64,000 nt of DNA from the IMG/VR virus record IMGVR_UViG_3300020200_000018. One strand, given 5' to 3'. Of the stretch, positions 17,869-26,614 are shown piece after piece. The stretch's first letter is position 1; every line of letters starts with the position of its first letter. This DNA is from an uncultured virus (IMG/VR IMGVR_UViG_3300020200_000018) (taxonomy: Duplodnaviria; Heunggongvirae; Uroviricota; Caudoviricetes). The notes below the pieces were generated by a model, which was not told the origin of the DNA, did not search any database, and worked only from the letters and a program-made list of their open reading frames with translations. A program made the translations under genes and the position numbers.

Positions 17869-19002
17869 TTAAGGGGTTCTGTTCAAATACCGGTATGTCG
17901 TGGGTACTTTTATTTCATGTTCAGTAGAATAAAAACCAGGAGAATAATTACACCGCCGCCACAATGAAAATTTAGTTTTGAGTGCTAGGCCCGAATATGT
18001 GCAGGCGCTTATGAGTTCGGTGAGGACCGGTGTCGTGAGCCCCGCCATGATTGCCTCGTTAATATCTTTCCACCGGAACGTGGGCGCCCAAATACAGACA
18101 CGCACATTCCCCGCCTGGATTAACCGTTCCATAATGCCGACAACATGCTCATTGCGTGGTTGGTTGTCAAATATAAAGGTAGTTTGTTCCCGGTTGATAA
18201 TAGAAAAGACTTTTGGCAAATCACTACTGCCAGCCGCAAGGGCATTCGGTAAGAATAAACTATCTAGGGGTCCTTCGACTACAAATGCAGGTTGACACGC
18301 ATTAAATTTTTCCAAACCATAAATGAGCGGAGCATCATTACAACGGACTGTCAAATACCGTGGTACTTGACTTCCATCTTGTTGCTCTAACATGCGGCCT
18401 GTCGCTCCAACAAGGTGACCCGTTTGGTCACGGAATGGAATCACCAGTCGGCTATCATGGGGCAACCGCTTGAAATAAGATTGTAAATTTAATTTCTCTA
18501 AAACACTAAAATTTTCAGCAAAATATAAATCCAGCCAGGTTTCTTCTGGTATAAGACGTTTACGCACATATTCTACACAGGGGTGGAGTGGATTCGTTTT
18601 TGCAAGGTTACTGATAGAAGGAAGGAGTTCTCCTAAGTCAGAATGGAAAAGGAGGGTAGGATCGGCTGGTGGTGCTGGCGCTGCTGGCGCTGGCGCTGGA
18701 AAATTTGTAGTATGCCATTGCAACTGACGGCGTTCACGGAATTGCTCAAGGCGGTATTCTTTAGCCAATTCAGGAGCCACCATATTAATAAATTCGCCCA
18801 GTGGCAAATTGACTGCACAATTATGGCATTTATATCGGATCCGTCCTTTGCTCGGATAGAGGAAGCCTCGTTTTTTATGTTTATTCTTTTTGGAATCGCC
18901 GCAGAGTGGGCAACGGAAATTAAAAAGGTTAGTGCCTTTGGCTTTAAATTGCGGAAGGCGGGCGCCAAGAAGCCGTGCGTATTTGAGGTCCACCCAATTC
19001 AT
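17869..19002 (-). CDS. 61: DNA primase (T4 gp61-like)
   Basis: FRCPLCGDS..CHNC zinc finger, TOPRIM VEGPLDSLF, FDNQPRN, KDINE. Confidence 0.93.
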   Translation of the reverse strand: MNWVDLKYARLLGARLPQFKAKGTNLFNFRCPLCGDSKKNKHKKRGFLYPSKGRIRYKCHNCAVNLPLGEFINMVAPELAKEYRLEQFRERRQLQWHTTNFPAPAPAAPAPPADPTLLFHSDLGELLPSISNLAKTNPLHPCVEYVRKRLIPEETWLDLYFAENFSVLEKLNLQSYFKRLPHDSRLVIPFRDQTGHLVGATGRMLEQQDGSQVPRYLTVRCNDAPLIYGLEKFNACQPAFVVEGPLDSLFLPNALAAGSSDLPKVFSIINREQTTFIFDNQPRNEHVVGIMERLIQAGNVRVCIWAPTFRWKDINEAIMAGLTTPVLTELISACTYSGLALKTKFSLWRRCNYSPGFYSTEHEIKVPTTYRYLNRTP

Positions 19003-19010
19003 CAGTGGTT

Positions 19011-19039
19011 ATTATAACGTAAATGGACACAATGGTCAA
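19011..19039 (-). promoter_or_regulatory. Sigma70-type promoter directly before primase
   Basis: TTGACC-17-TATAAT, ending 8 nt before the ATG. Confidence 0.7.
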
Positions 19040-19054
19040 TAGCTAACGGTTAAG

Positions 19055-19759
19055 TTATACCAGGGGGGAGGCATCGATGCCTTGTGTAAATTTAGGCCGC
19101 CGTAAAAACATCATTGCACCAGTCGTATTGTTGCGGAGAATAATACCCTTGTCTGGATTCTTTGTCGCGTAGTCTGTAACTTCTGCACCAGCATCTTCAC
19201 TAACCCAATGCCTGTAATTAGAATATTTTTTCTTGCCCATCCTGGCTTTGTAATATTTGTTTGGATCAACGTCAAATACCTTGTGGCCTGCGAAAACACC
19301 AGGTTCACCTTGCGGTCCTACACCAATGCCGGCGACTTGGCCGCGCCCAGCTGCATTTGTAGGCGCATCTTCAGCTAACATTTCGAGGATGACTGCTGGA
19401 ACGGGTGTTGAGTTATCTGAAAGTGATACCATAATACGGTCCAGAGCCTCCTGGAGGCCCATGGGGCGGGTCAACCAAAACAACGCATGATCTTGTTCAC
19501 GTAGGAGGAATAACGCCATCGCTACAGTGCCCAAATAAGTTCGGCCTGGAGGAATCAGAGCCATGATACGTTTTAAATTAAGGACGAGACGATCAAATGG
19601 CCTGTCGGAATCGCGTTCTTCTTTAGTCTGTGGTTTACGGAGCCTCTTGCCATCCTTATCAATCAGCCCAAATTTATAAGCATCGAGGTCCGTAAACGGC
19701 ACAACGAGGCGCCGCAAAAATTGGTATAACAAATAAGAGTCTAAGAGTGGACCAGCCAT
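19055..19759 (-). CDS. Conserved T4-like hypothetical protein (probably virion-associated)
   Basis: YQFLRRL..PF..AYKFGLIDKDG pattern common in T4-like myoviruses. Confidence 0.7.
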   Translation of the reverse strand: MAGPLLDSYLLYQFLRRLVVPFTDLDAYKFGLIDKDGKRLRKPQTKEERDSDRPFDRLVLNLKRIMALIPPGRTYLGTVAMALFLLREQDHALFWLTRPMGLQEALDRIMVSLSDNSTPVPAVILEMLAEDAPTNAAGRGQVAGIGVGPQGEPGVFAGHKVFDVDPNKYYKARMGKKKYSNYRHWVSEDAGAEVTDYATKNPDKGIILRNNTTGAMMFLRRPKFTQGIDASPLV

Positions 19760-20154
19760 TATAGTGCTTTCAATTTTTCAACGATACCCGCATCAGCTTC
19801 TATGACTGTATCCAAGGGTAGGTGTAAATTAGCCACCACAATCGGATTAGTGGGCCAATGCCCTAGGAACAGCAATACAGGATATAGGTAATCTAAAAAT
19901 TCATCCAACTTAAACACAAGGATTCGCGTGAGCGCTTCTTTTTCAAACACATTATACATGGCCACAATATGGTTCACAAGGAGCCGTTCTTTGAGTTCTC
20001 CTGATTTCGCATACCGGCGGAAGAGCCTGCGGATATTACGGATTCTCCCGAGGTCTTCATAAAATTCATAAAGTCCGCCTTGGCCTATATTCGTATAATG
20101 TTTTGCGGCATAAAGTATAATGTTGTGATCATCCAGTGGTGTAGATAAAACCAT
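19759..20154 (-). CDS. Conserved T4-like hypothetical protein
   Basis: LYAAKHY..EFYEDL.RI..L.RY...GELKERLLVNHI pattern. Confidence 0.75.
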   Translation of the reverse strand: MVLSTPLDDHNIILYAAKHYTNIGQGGLYEFYEDLGRIRNIRRLFRRYAKSGELKERLLVNHIVAMYNVFEKEALTRILVFKLDEFLDYLYPVLLFLGHWPTNPIVVANLHLPLDTVIEADAGIVEKLKAL

Positions 20155-20156
20155 AA

Positions 20157-20555
20157 TTAGAACGTATTAAGGGCCACCCTTTTTATGGTAGTCGCATTAA
20201 CAGCAATGTAAAGGTAAGTGTTGGAGAACCAAAGCTGTAGCGGTGCTTTACCGGCACTAGAAGCATTATTACTTGCTGGGTTCGCGCCCAAGGTTACGAT
20301 ATGGACATTCGACTTCAGGCGGGCCGTGCAAGTAACATTGGAGGTGGCTACTGTATTTGAGCATCTTAAAACGGTGTTGCCAACAAGTGTGGTCCTACCA
20401 TTGATAGCAGTATTAGAAGGAACCGTGCCAAAAAGGTTCTTGACCGTGATCTTTTTAGAGACAGGAGTACCATTTGGATTGTCAATAATGAGGAAGAGGT
20501 CCTCTGACGTTGCGCTCGTAAGAGCAGTAAGTTGGGTTACTTTTTTATCTGCCAT
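20157..20555 (-). CDS. Putative virion structural protein
   Basis: MADKKVTQLTAL N-terminus, Asn/Thr-rich beta-type composition, YIAV..TIKRVAL C-terminus. Confidence 0.55.
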   Translation of the reverse strand: MADKKVTQLTALTSATSEDLFLIIDNPNGTPVSKKITVKNLFGTVPSNTAINGRTTLVGNTVLRCSNTVATSNVTCTARLKSNVHIVTLGANPASNNASSAGKAPLQLWFSNTYLYIAVNATTIKRVALNTF

Positions 20556-20798
20556 AATCCTTAATCCTTAAATTTATAATAGCCTTTTCAGTATAATATA
20601 CGCACCGCCGCAAAGAAGCAGTAGTTCACTATAAGTGATGCTGTGTAATACGGACATTCTGATATCCATCCTTTATGAGCTGTATTCTCTGACTAATTGC
20701 TACGTCCTTACTCTTCCAAACTCCAAAAATCACGCAACCCATATTCGCGGTACCCATACTTAAAACATAAACTTGCATATAACGTTCCGCTTTCTCTA

Positions 20799-21461
20799 TT
20801 AATCGGCTGTTGCTGTCCGGACAACAAAGGTTCCCAATGCATTGGACACAGCACCCGTCAACACGAGGTTTGCAACCTGCGCCCCGGCATTCTTAGAACG
20901 TATCACCACCGCTGTTGCAGTCGCATTTGTCAGGGTCTGGGCATTGATTTTATAGGTACCTGCTACTGTTGGTTTGAATTTCAGGATCACAGTGTTATTA
21001 GCCCTAAGAACGGTGGTGTTGCTGGCTAAAACCATTGCATTGCCCGAAATAGTATTCGCCAAGGTTAGCTTTAGTTTGCCGCTCCCAGACGAGAACGCTA
21101 TTGAATGGTTAAACACGATGTAAACATTAGCTAACGCATTCCGTTTAATCGACGTACCAAATGTTGAATTAGACGACACAAAAACCTGGACTAATTCTGG
21201 AAACCTGAGGCTAGTATTTGAGGCATAACCCTTATTGGCTCCAGTAGCCGGATTAGCGGCGACCACGACTTCGTCAATGAGCCGGGCATTGCTGTGCATA
21301 TCGGTTTTGTTTTGCCGGCGGACCCAACCGCTGTTCGTGAGGACGATATTGCGCTTTTGCCTTTGGCTTTCTGTATATGGTACACCGCCAGCAAGTATGC
21401 CCGCGCGGGTGTTGGCGCCAGTTGCAGGTGCAGAATCTTTAGTGAATTTCCATAGTGGCAT
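20799..21461 (-). CDS. Putative virion structural protein
   Basis: MPLW start, GWV motif, Ala/Thr/Asn-rich. T4 late promoter upstream. Confidence 0.6.
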   Translation of the reverse strand: MPLWKFTKDSAPATGANTRAGILAGGVPYTESQRQKRNIVLTNSGWVRRQNKTDMHSNARLIDEVVVAANPATGANKGYASNTSLRFPELVQVFVSSNSTFGTSIKRNALANVYIVFNHSIAFSSGSGKLKLTLANTISGNAMVLASNTTVLRANNTVILKFKPTVAGTYKINAQTLTNATATAVVIRSKNAGAQVANLVLTGAVSNALGTFVVRTATAD

Positions 21462-21529
21462 GGGAGCTCCTTACTTTTCCGCTAGCCGCCTATCGGCCAG
21501 CTTACTCGACATAATATCGCATCACCACA

Positions 21530-21537
21530 TATTTATA
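21530..21537 (-). promoter_or_regulatory. T4-type late promoter TATAAATA
   Basis: Exact TATAAATA on the minus strand in the intergenic region. Confidence 0.7.
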
Positions 21538-21539
21538 AT

Positions 21540-22031
21540 TTAAAAACCAAGCCGATGCAGCTTTTTTACCGTGTCAGAAACACCTGTATAAAGGATCGGC
21601 ACACCACCGGCTGATGCCCATTCGGTTATATTTTTGCTATAATCATCGACTAAAACATTCGGTGTACCATTAGCTTGGGCAAATTGGCGTTTATCTTGCC
21701 TTTTTACCATATGGATATGGTTTTTAGAGATATTACCAAGGTGCTTTGCAATCCAAATATACTTTCCGCGGATACAGTGTTCTGCATCCCAGACAGCATA
21801 AGCGGTGAGGATGTGGGGCCTGAATTTATTAATGTACTGCCAAAGGTCCTGGCCACTTGCGGTCCATCCAAGTCCAGTCCAAAAATTTGGTGTTTGGCGG
21901 ATTGTAGCAGCTTGTTGCGGTGTAATAAATCCTTCCCATCCTGCACCAAATAGCTTCCGGCAACCACCATCAAAATCAACTAGAGTATTATCCATATCAC
22001 AATAAATGGTACCTACGGTATCCTTTGGCAT
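21540..22031 (-). CDS. 5'(3')-deoxyribonucleotidase (HAD, NT5C-like)
   Basis: IYCDMDNTLVDF, ILT, LVDD...WASAGG. Confidence 0.82.
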   Translation of the reverse strand: MPKDTVGTIYCDMDNTLVDFDGGCRKLFGAGWEGFITPQQAATIRQTPNFWTGLGWTASGQDLWQYINKFRPHILTAYAVWDAEHCIRGKYIWIAKHLGNISKNHIHMVKRQDKRQFAQANGTPNVLVDDYSKNITEWASAGGVPILYTGVSDTVKKLHRLGF

Positions 22032-22042
22032 AGCTGTTAATC

Positions 22043-23164
22043 CTAAGCCAAATGTCGTTCGCTAACTTTGGTTCTGTCTTTGAGTTCTGTCGGTTTCCTG
22101 GGTTCGATCTTACCGTCCTTGTTGACAGTGTAACTTGTATAACTTTGTGGCAGGCGCACAAGTTGCCCATTTTTTACTTCATGCGTAACAGCATTAGCAC
22201 GTCCATAACGGCCTTTGCCATAACTACTCAATCCCATAAGCCGCGCTTGCCTGTCTGGTTCAGACTCTTGCTTGGGAGGTTTAATCATTGCAACTTCATC
22301 GAGCATTGGTTCCATATCGACGCGGTCTTTCTCACCAGATAACTTGATAGCTGTATTGGCAACTGAAACCTTGACACCATTAACCGTTTGTTGCTTCTTC
22401 GGCGCCGGTGCATTAGAGGTGCTGGGTTCTGTAGTACCAGGGGTTGCAACTAATGGGCCCGGAGATTCCTTGACCTTTTTGGCCAAAAAAGGCTTCTTCT
22501 TAGCATTCTCAGTAAACGTATCACCAATTTTCTTTGTCGTTAACCCTAAACGGTAGCTTCCGCTGCCATGTTGCTTGTTTAACTCTTTCACTTTCTTCCA
22601 CATATTGTGCTTACTACCTTTATCAATTATTTTTTTGCTAGAAGCATCAAAAACAACGTGAAGATCGGAGCGTCCCCAAGCAGGAATCCCAGTCCCCGCT
22701 TCACCAACCGGCTTTTCCTTGGCCCAAAAAGGCTTCTCATCAAACTTATCACCAATTTTATTTGTCGTAATACCTAAACGGTAGCTTCCGTTTCCATGTT
22801 GCTTGTTTAACTCTTTCACTTTCTTCCACATATCATGCTTACTACCTTTATCAATTATTTTTCTAGAAGGATCAATAAGAGCATAGTATGTTGATTTTGA
22901 AAACGCTTCACCAACCGGCTTTTCTTTGGAAACTTTCTCAAGGCCGAGTAGTTGCTTGATCTTCTTCCAGCCTAAAGTTTCCTTATCAGGCACTGGTGCT
23001 TCTGCTTCGGTAATTCCGTGTGACTTTAAGGTTTCACGCGCCTGTTCAACCGAGGGCCCGCCTAATAGGGCTTTCATCGGATGCTTTACTGTATCCAAAG
23101 CTATTTTCAGCATATGGTATGTAGGAGGATCGTGTTTATAGTCTGATAAATTTTTAGATGGCAT
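22043..23164 (-). CDS. Lys-rich hypothetical protein with an internal duplicated ~45-aa domain
   Basis: KIIDKGSKHxMWKKVKELNKQHGxGSYRLG occurs twice. Several x-x-EA junctions. Confidence 0.7.
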   Translation of the reverse strand: MPSKNLSDYKHDPPTYHMLKIALDTVKHPMKALLGGPSVEQARETLKSHGITEAEAPVPDKETLGWKKIKQLLGLEKVSKEKPVGEAFSKSTYYALIDPSRKIIDKGSKHDMWKKVKELNKQHGNGSYRLGITTNKIGDKFDEKPFWAKEKPVGEAGTGIPAWGRSDLHVVFDASSKKIIDKGSKHNMWKKVKELNKQHGSGSYRLGLTTKKIGDTFTENAKKKPFLAKKVKESPGPLVATPGTTEPSTSNAPAPKKQQTVNGVKVSVANTAIKLSGEKDRVDMEPMLDEVAMIKPPKQESEPDRQARLMGLSSYGKGRYGRANAVTHEVKNGQLVRLPQSYTSYTVNKDGKIEPRKPTELKDRTKVSERHLA

Positions 23165-23165
23165 A

Positions 23166-24017
23166 TTACACCCTGTGTCCTTGCAAGGCTCGCTTAATGC
23201 GGTTGAACAAATTAAGGGATACATCGTCCAAAGCAGCATCTGGATTTATGTCCCGGTCCGGGCATTTGCACCTGCCAAATCTTTCTAAATCATCAAGCCT
23301 ATCCTCAGAAAATTCAGTTACCTGGATATCATCAGATTGGCCCGGCGTGTCCTTAGCATACTTTTTCCTAATGGCATCGGTCCCAATAAAGTTAGTATTT
23401 TCTTCTTTTTTCATATTCTCACCAAGCCTCTTTTTTGTTTGAAGGTCCATACCTGCCCGTACCGCATGGTACATTTTAATCATTAATGCCTTGGACATGG
23501 AGGGCGGGCATCCGCTAAAGAAATTTTCTTTATCACCAGCAGCAGCCCAAGCCCGCATTTTTGAAGCTGATATACCAGTAAGACCTTCGGCATCGGGGTC
23601 CCGCATACCAGCCGACTCTACAGCGATAGACTTAAAATGGTATGCCTGATTATTATATTTCCTGAGCAAATCCCGGAATTCATTCACCCTATCGCTACCG
23701 ACAACCATGACCACCCTATCATATCCTTTTGCATCAAGCCACTCCATGGCATCAAAAATAGTGCCCGCACCAGGAGCAAGCCGAATATCTACTGTACCCA
23801 AGTCGTCCCACACCGCCTTCGCAAAATATAACTTATCATGCGGACTCAGTGGATCTGTCCGTTTATGTTGCGTATAGCTCAGGAACAAAACCGGCTTAGT
23901 ATGTTCTGCCTTACCATAATTTACTAATCTATCCACCAACTTAGCATGGCCAACTGTCGGTGGATTCAATCTTCCGTATGAAAAAACAGCAGTTGCAGGC
24001 ATATTATATTTAGCCAA
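23166..24017 (-). CDS. Cytidylyltransferase-like (HxGH) nucleotidyltransferase
   Basis: YGRLNPPTVGHAKL, VVGSDRV, SAG.RDPDAEG..GISASKMR. Confidence 0.85.
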   Translation of the reverse strand: MAKYNMPATAVFSYGRLNPPTVGHAKLVDRLVNYGKAEHTKPVLFLSYTQHKRTDPLSPHDKLYFAKAVWDDLGTVDIRLAPGAGTIFDAMEWLDAKGYDRVVMVVGSDRVNEFRDLLRKYNNQAYHFKSIAVESAGMRDPDAEGLTGISASKMRAWAAAGDKENFFSGCPPSMSKALMIKMYHAVRAGMDLQTKKRLGENMKKEENTNFIGTDAIRKKYAKDTPGQSDDIQVTEFSEDRLDDLERFGRCKCPDRDINPDAALDDVSLNLFNRIKRALQGHRV

Positions 24018-24059
24018 ACAGGTCCATTGTTAACTAGCCGGAATTATACAGTAGTCCAC

Positions 24060-24088
24060 TTGACAGGATCCTATTTTTATGATATAAT
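24060..24088 (+). promoter_or_regulatory. Perfect sigma70 promoter on the non-coding strand
   Basis: TTGACA (24060-65)-17 bp-TATAAT (24083-88) on the + strand. Confidence 0.6.
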
Positions 24089-24126
24089 TCTGACTGCGCG
24101 TCGGTACGAAGTAGAAGTAATGCAGG

Positions 24127-24597
24127 TCATCCAGCATCATGTTTGGTCCATGTAAGAAATGGTAACCTTCCAAAAGGATTATCATTGTAATTAATATAAA
24201 TCGAAAGGTCCTTGCACAATCCATCACCCCTTTTATCAATATACAATGCATCAGGCTTATTATCTCCATCTACATCAATTTCATAAAAAAGTGGCTTATA
24301 AGGATATTGATTAGGTAGAAATTCATTATTGTCAAAGCCCAGCATTGTAACTGAATAAATGACAAAATCGATTGCAGTATCCCCAGTAAGATCGTATGCT
24401 TCAGCCGTCAATCCTTGAGGCATATTACGTTCTATGAGTAATGTAGGAACATGGTTAAAAGAGTCAGGGGTAATGCCACACGAAAGGATTGGCATAGGAA
24501 ATGGGCGGGCTGCTGGCGTAGGTAAACTGGTACCAATTAGGGTTAATATGATAAGTAGGAGTTGGAATCCGTACTTGAGTAGTACCACTATCGCCAA
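24127..24597 (-). CDS. Putative exported protein
   Basis: N-terminal hydrophobic signal-like segment. DxxGDxxxD repeats resembling Ca-binding loops. Confidence 0.55.
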   Translation of the reverse strand: MAIVVLLKYGFQLLLIILTLIGTSLPTPAARPFPMPILSCGITPDSFNHVPTLLIERNMPQGLTAEAYDLTGDTAIDFVIYSVTMLGFDNNEFLPNQYPYKPLFYEIDVDGDNKPDALYIDKRGDGLCKDLSIYINYNDNPFGRLPFLTWTKHDAG

Positions 24598-25754
24598 CCT
24601 TTCACGATATCAGGAGAAAAATTCGAGCGTGAGAATTCTAGCCGATCAACTAATTTCACCGCTTTTCCTATGCGGTCTACTGCGACATACCCTTCTGGGT
24701 TTGCTACTTCATACCCCCGTGATGTTTGGTAAAACGTTTTCGTATTCGCTGTCAAATCAAGTTGCCGTATAAGGATAAGTTTGGCATTTGTAATCCAGGA
24801 AAGGAATTGGTAGCAAAGGATAAAGGTATTCAAACCTATGTTTGCAATGGTAGCAGCTACGTCGTGACCTTCAGCCACAGCAGCATTAAGTAAGCCCCGT
24901 GCTAATTCGGTGGGATTCTTTAACCATTCACCACTCCGTACTTGCTGGTTATTGTAACGTGCGATAAATGCAACTGTTTTAACATTTTGGCCCAAGGCCC
25001 GCAATGCCGCCGATGGAATTTGGTTTAGGATTTTCCCCGCAGTACTAAGGGCAGCGCTGCATGCCGCTGTCATTTCGGATGTCATAGTTGCGTATCCCGA
25101 TAAGTCACGGTAAACCGCATCAACTTGGAACACCCTGTGTGAGGTACCTAAAAGCGATGTAATGTTGGCATTGTATGTGGCATTCAGTGTCTTGAGGTCT
25201 TGTCCTTTGTATTGTGTGTGCCATACCAATCCAATATCAGCTGCCATAATTTTAGCTGCTAAGGGCGAGTTAATGGGTATGGCATAAACCAGGGTATTCG
25301 GATGGAATGCAATAAATGTTTCGCCGCCTATTGTAATTTCTTTAAGGGTGTCTTTCGTAAACAAGAGGTCGCCTTGGACGGCGCCATCCTGTGGTGCAAT
25401 CGGTTTCAAAACATCCAAGGCTAAGTGGAAGATTCCATTTAACCGTCCTTCGACCATCCTATCAATATCGCTATGGGTTTTATAGACAACCGGAACCTTA
25501 TTAAACACACCCTTTTTGGCAACAAAAAATTTCTTGTCGGCTGGATCAATGCCCATCACAAATGATGGCGCTCCGTCCCATTTTACACTCAATTTTGTCC
25601 GTGAATCGCTATGCCCAGCCAGCATATCGCGGACGTCCATGAGGTAATCAAAAATACGCCTGGCTCCAGGAATACCTTCAGAAAAGAGGAGGTCCTCGAC
25701 ATGCTCAAGGTGGGTATTTTTCGCTTCTGTAAGGTAGTGGATGAATGACTGCAT
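24588..25754 (-). CDS. Conserved T4-like protein with a ligase-like KxDG motif (DUF6267-like)
   Basis: KNTHLEHVED, SVKWDGAP, QGDLLF, PNT, EGYVA, KLVDRLEFS. Starts MQSFIHYLTEA. Confidence 0.8.
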   Translation of the reverse strand: MQSFIHYLTEAKNTHLEHVEDLLFSEGIPGARRIFDYLMDVRDMLAGHSDSRTKLSVKWDGAPSFVMGIDPADKKFFVAKKGVFNKVPVVYKTHSDIDRMVEGRLNGIFHLALDVLKPIAPQDGAVQGDLLFTKDTLKEITIGGETFIAFHPNTLVYAIPINSPLAAKIMAADIGLVWHTQYKGQDLKTLNATYNANITSLLGTSHRVFQVDAVYRDLSGYATMTSEMTAACSAALSTAGKILNQIPSAALRALGQNVKTVAFIARYNNQQVRSGEWLKNPTELARGLLNAAVAEGHDVAATIANIGLNTFILCYQFLSWITNAKLILIRQLDLTANTKTFYQTSRGYEVANPEGYVAVDRIGKAVKLVDRLEFSRSNFSPDIVKGWR

Positions 25755-25816
25755 ATTATCCCTTTCTTTGTTCATCACCATAATAGTATACCACAAAGCC
25801 AGGATTATAACAAGGA

Positions 25817-26077
25817 TTAATATCCGCTTAACCGCGCAATTTTAAAGGGGTTTAATAAAATAACGCCAGCTTTGTAAGACTGTTGTGGGGTTTTGAGGAG
25901 TTTCTGGCCAGCCTTGTCAATTAAGGCGGCAGAGGATTGCGCCCGTTCGGCAATAGCATTGCCATAGGCTTGTAGTTTAAGATGGTGTTTTTTGACTTTG
26001 GCCGGGTTTAACCCTGCCTTCAGTAGGCTATGGAAAACAATGCTCCCTTTTAATTCGGCCCCACGGTCAAGTCTCAT
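25817..26077 (-). CDS. Hypothetical protein
   Basis: 86-aa ORF. The 3' end overlaps a degenerate promoter cassette. Confidence 0.4.
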   Translation of the reverse strand: MRLDRGAELKGSIVFHSLLKAGLNPAKVKKHHLKLQAYGNAIAERAQSSAALIDKAGQKLLKTPQQSYKAGVILLNPFKIARLSGY

Positions 26078-26088
26078 AATATAGGTAT

Positions 26089-26574
26089 TTATTGATTTTG
26101 TATGGCCTTTTGGTAGGCCTTAACGAGGTCGAATTCGAGGCGATTTGCCTCACGTTCCCAGGGTTGTTTATTATATGCTACGTCATCATCAATGATCTTG
26201 CGCCCGCGCCACCGTGTGATGTTTTCATTTGAAGCATAGGAGAACATTTCACCAGTAGCAAATTGTTTTAAATGGATAAGTTCATGGGCCAACGTCCGTA
26301 AGCATTGGAGTCTTGATTGTTCGCGGTCGATGGGAATAGAAAAATAACGTGGGCGGAGGTTCTGATCAGTCCAATAACACTCTCCCACAAATCCTTCCCG
26401 CCGTTCGAGTCCTTTAATAAAAGATATCCTGAGGGTAATGTTAGTAGCAAGGCGGCTGCCAAGGAGTTCAACAATCATCCACTTCGCGGCTTTTCTTATT
26501 GTGGCACGGAATTCTTTAGAGCCACCATAAACACAGACAGAAGGTTGTTTAAGCATATGCCCTCCTGGTTGCAT
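26089..26574 (-). CDS. Zincin-like metallopeptidase-domain protein
   Basis: TLAHELIHLKQ (HExxH) and PWEREA. Confidence 0.75.
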   Translation of the reverse strand: MQPGGHMLKQPSVCVYGGSKEFRATIRKAAKWMIVELLGSRLATNITLRISFIKGLERREGFVGECYWTDQNLRPRYFSIPIDREQSRLQCLRTLAHELIHLKQFATGEMFSYASNENITRWRGRKIIDDDVAYNKQPWEREANRLEFDLVKAYQKAIQNQ

Positions 26575-26614
26575 TTGTATTTATTTCCTCAAAAGCCGGC
26601 TTTTTAATATTAAA

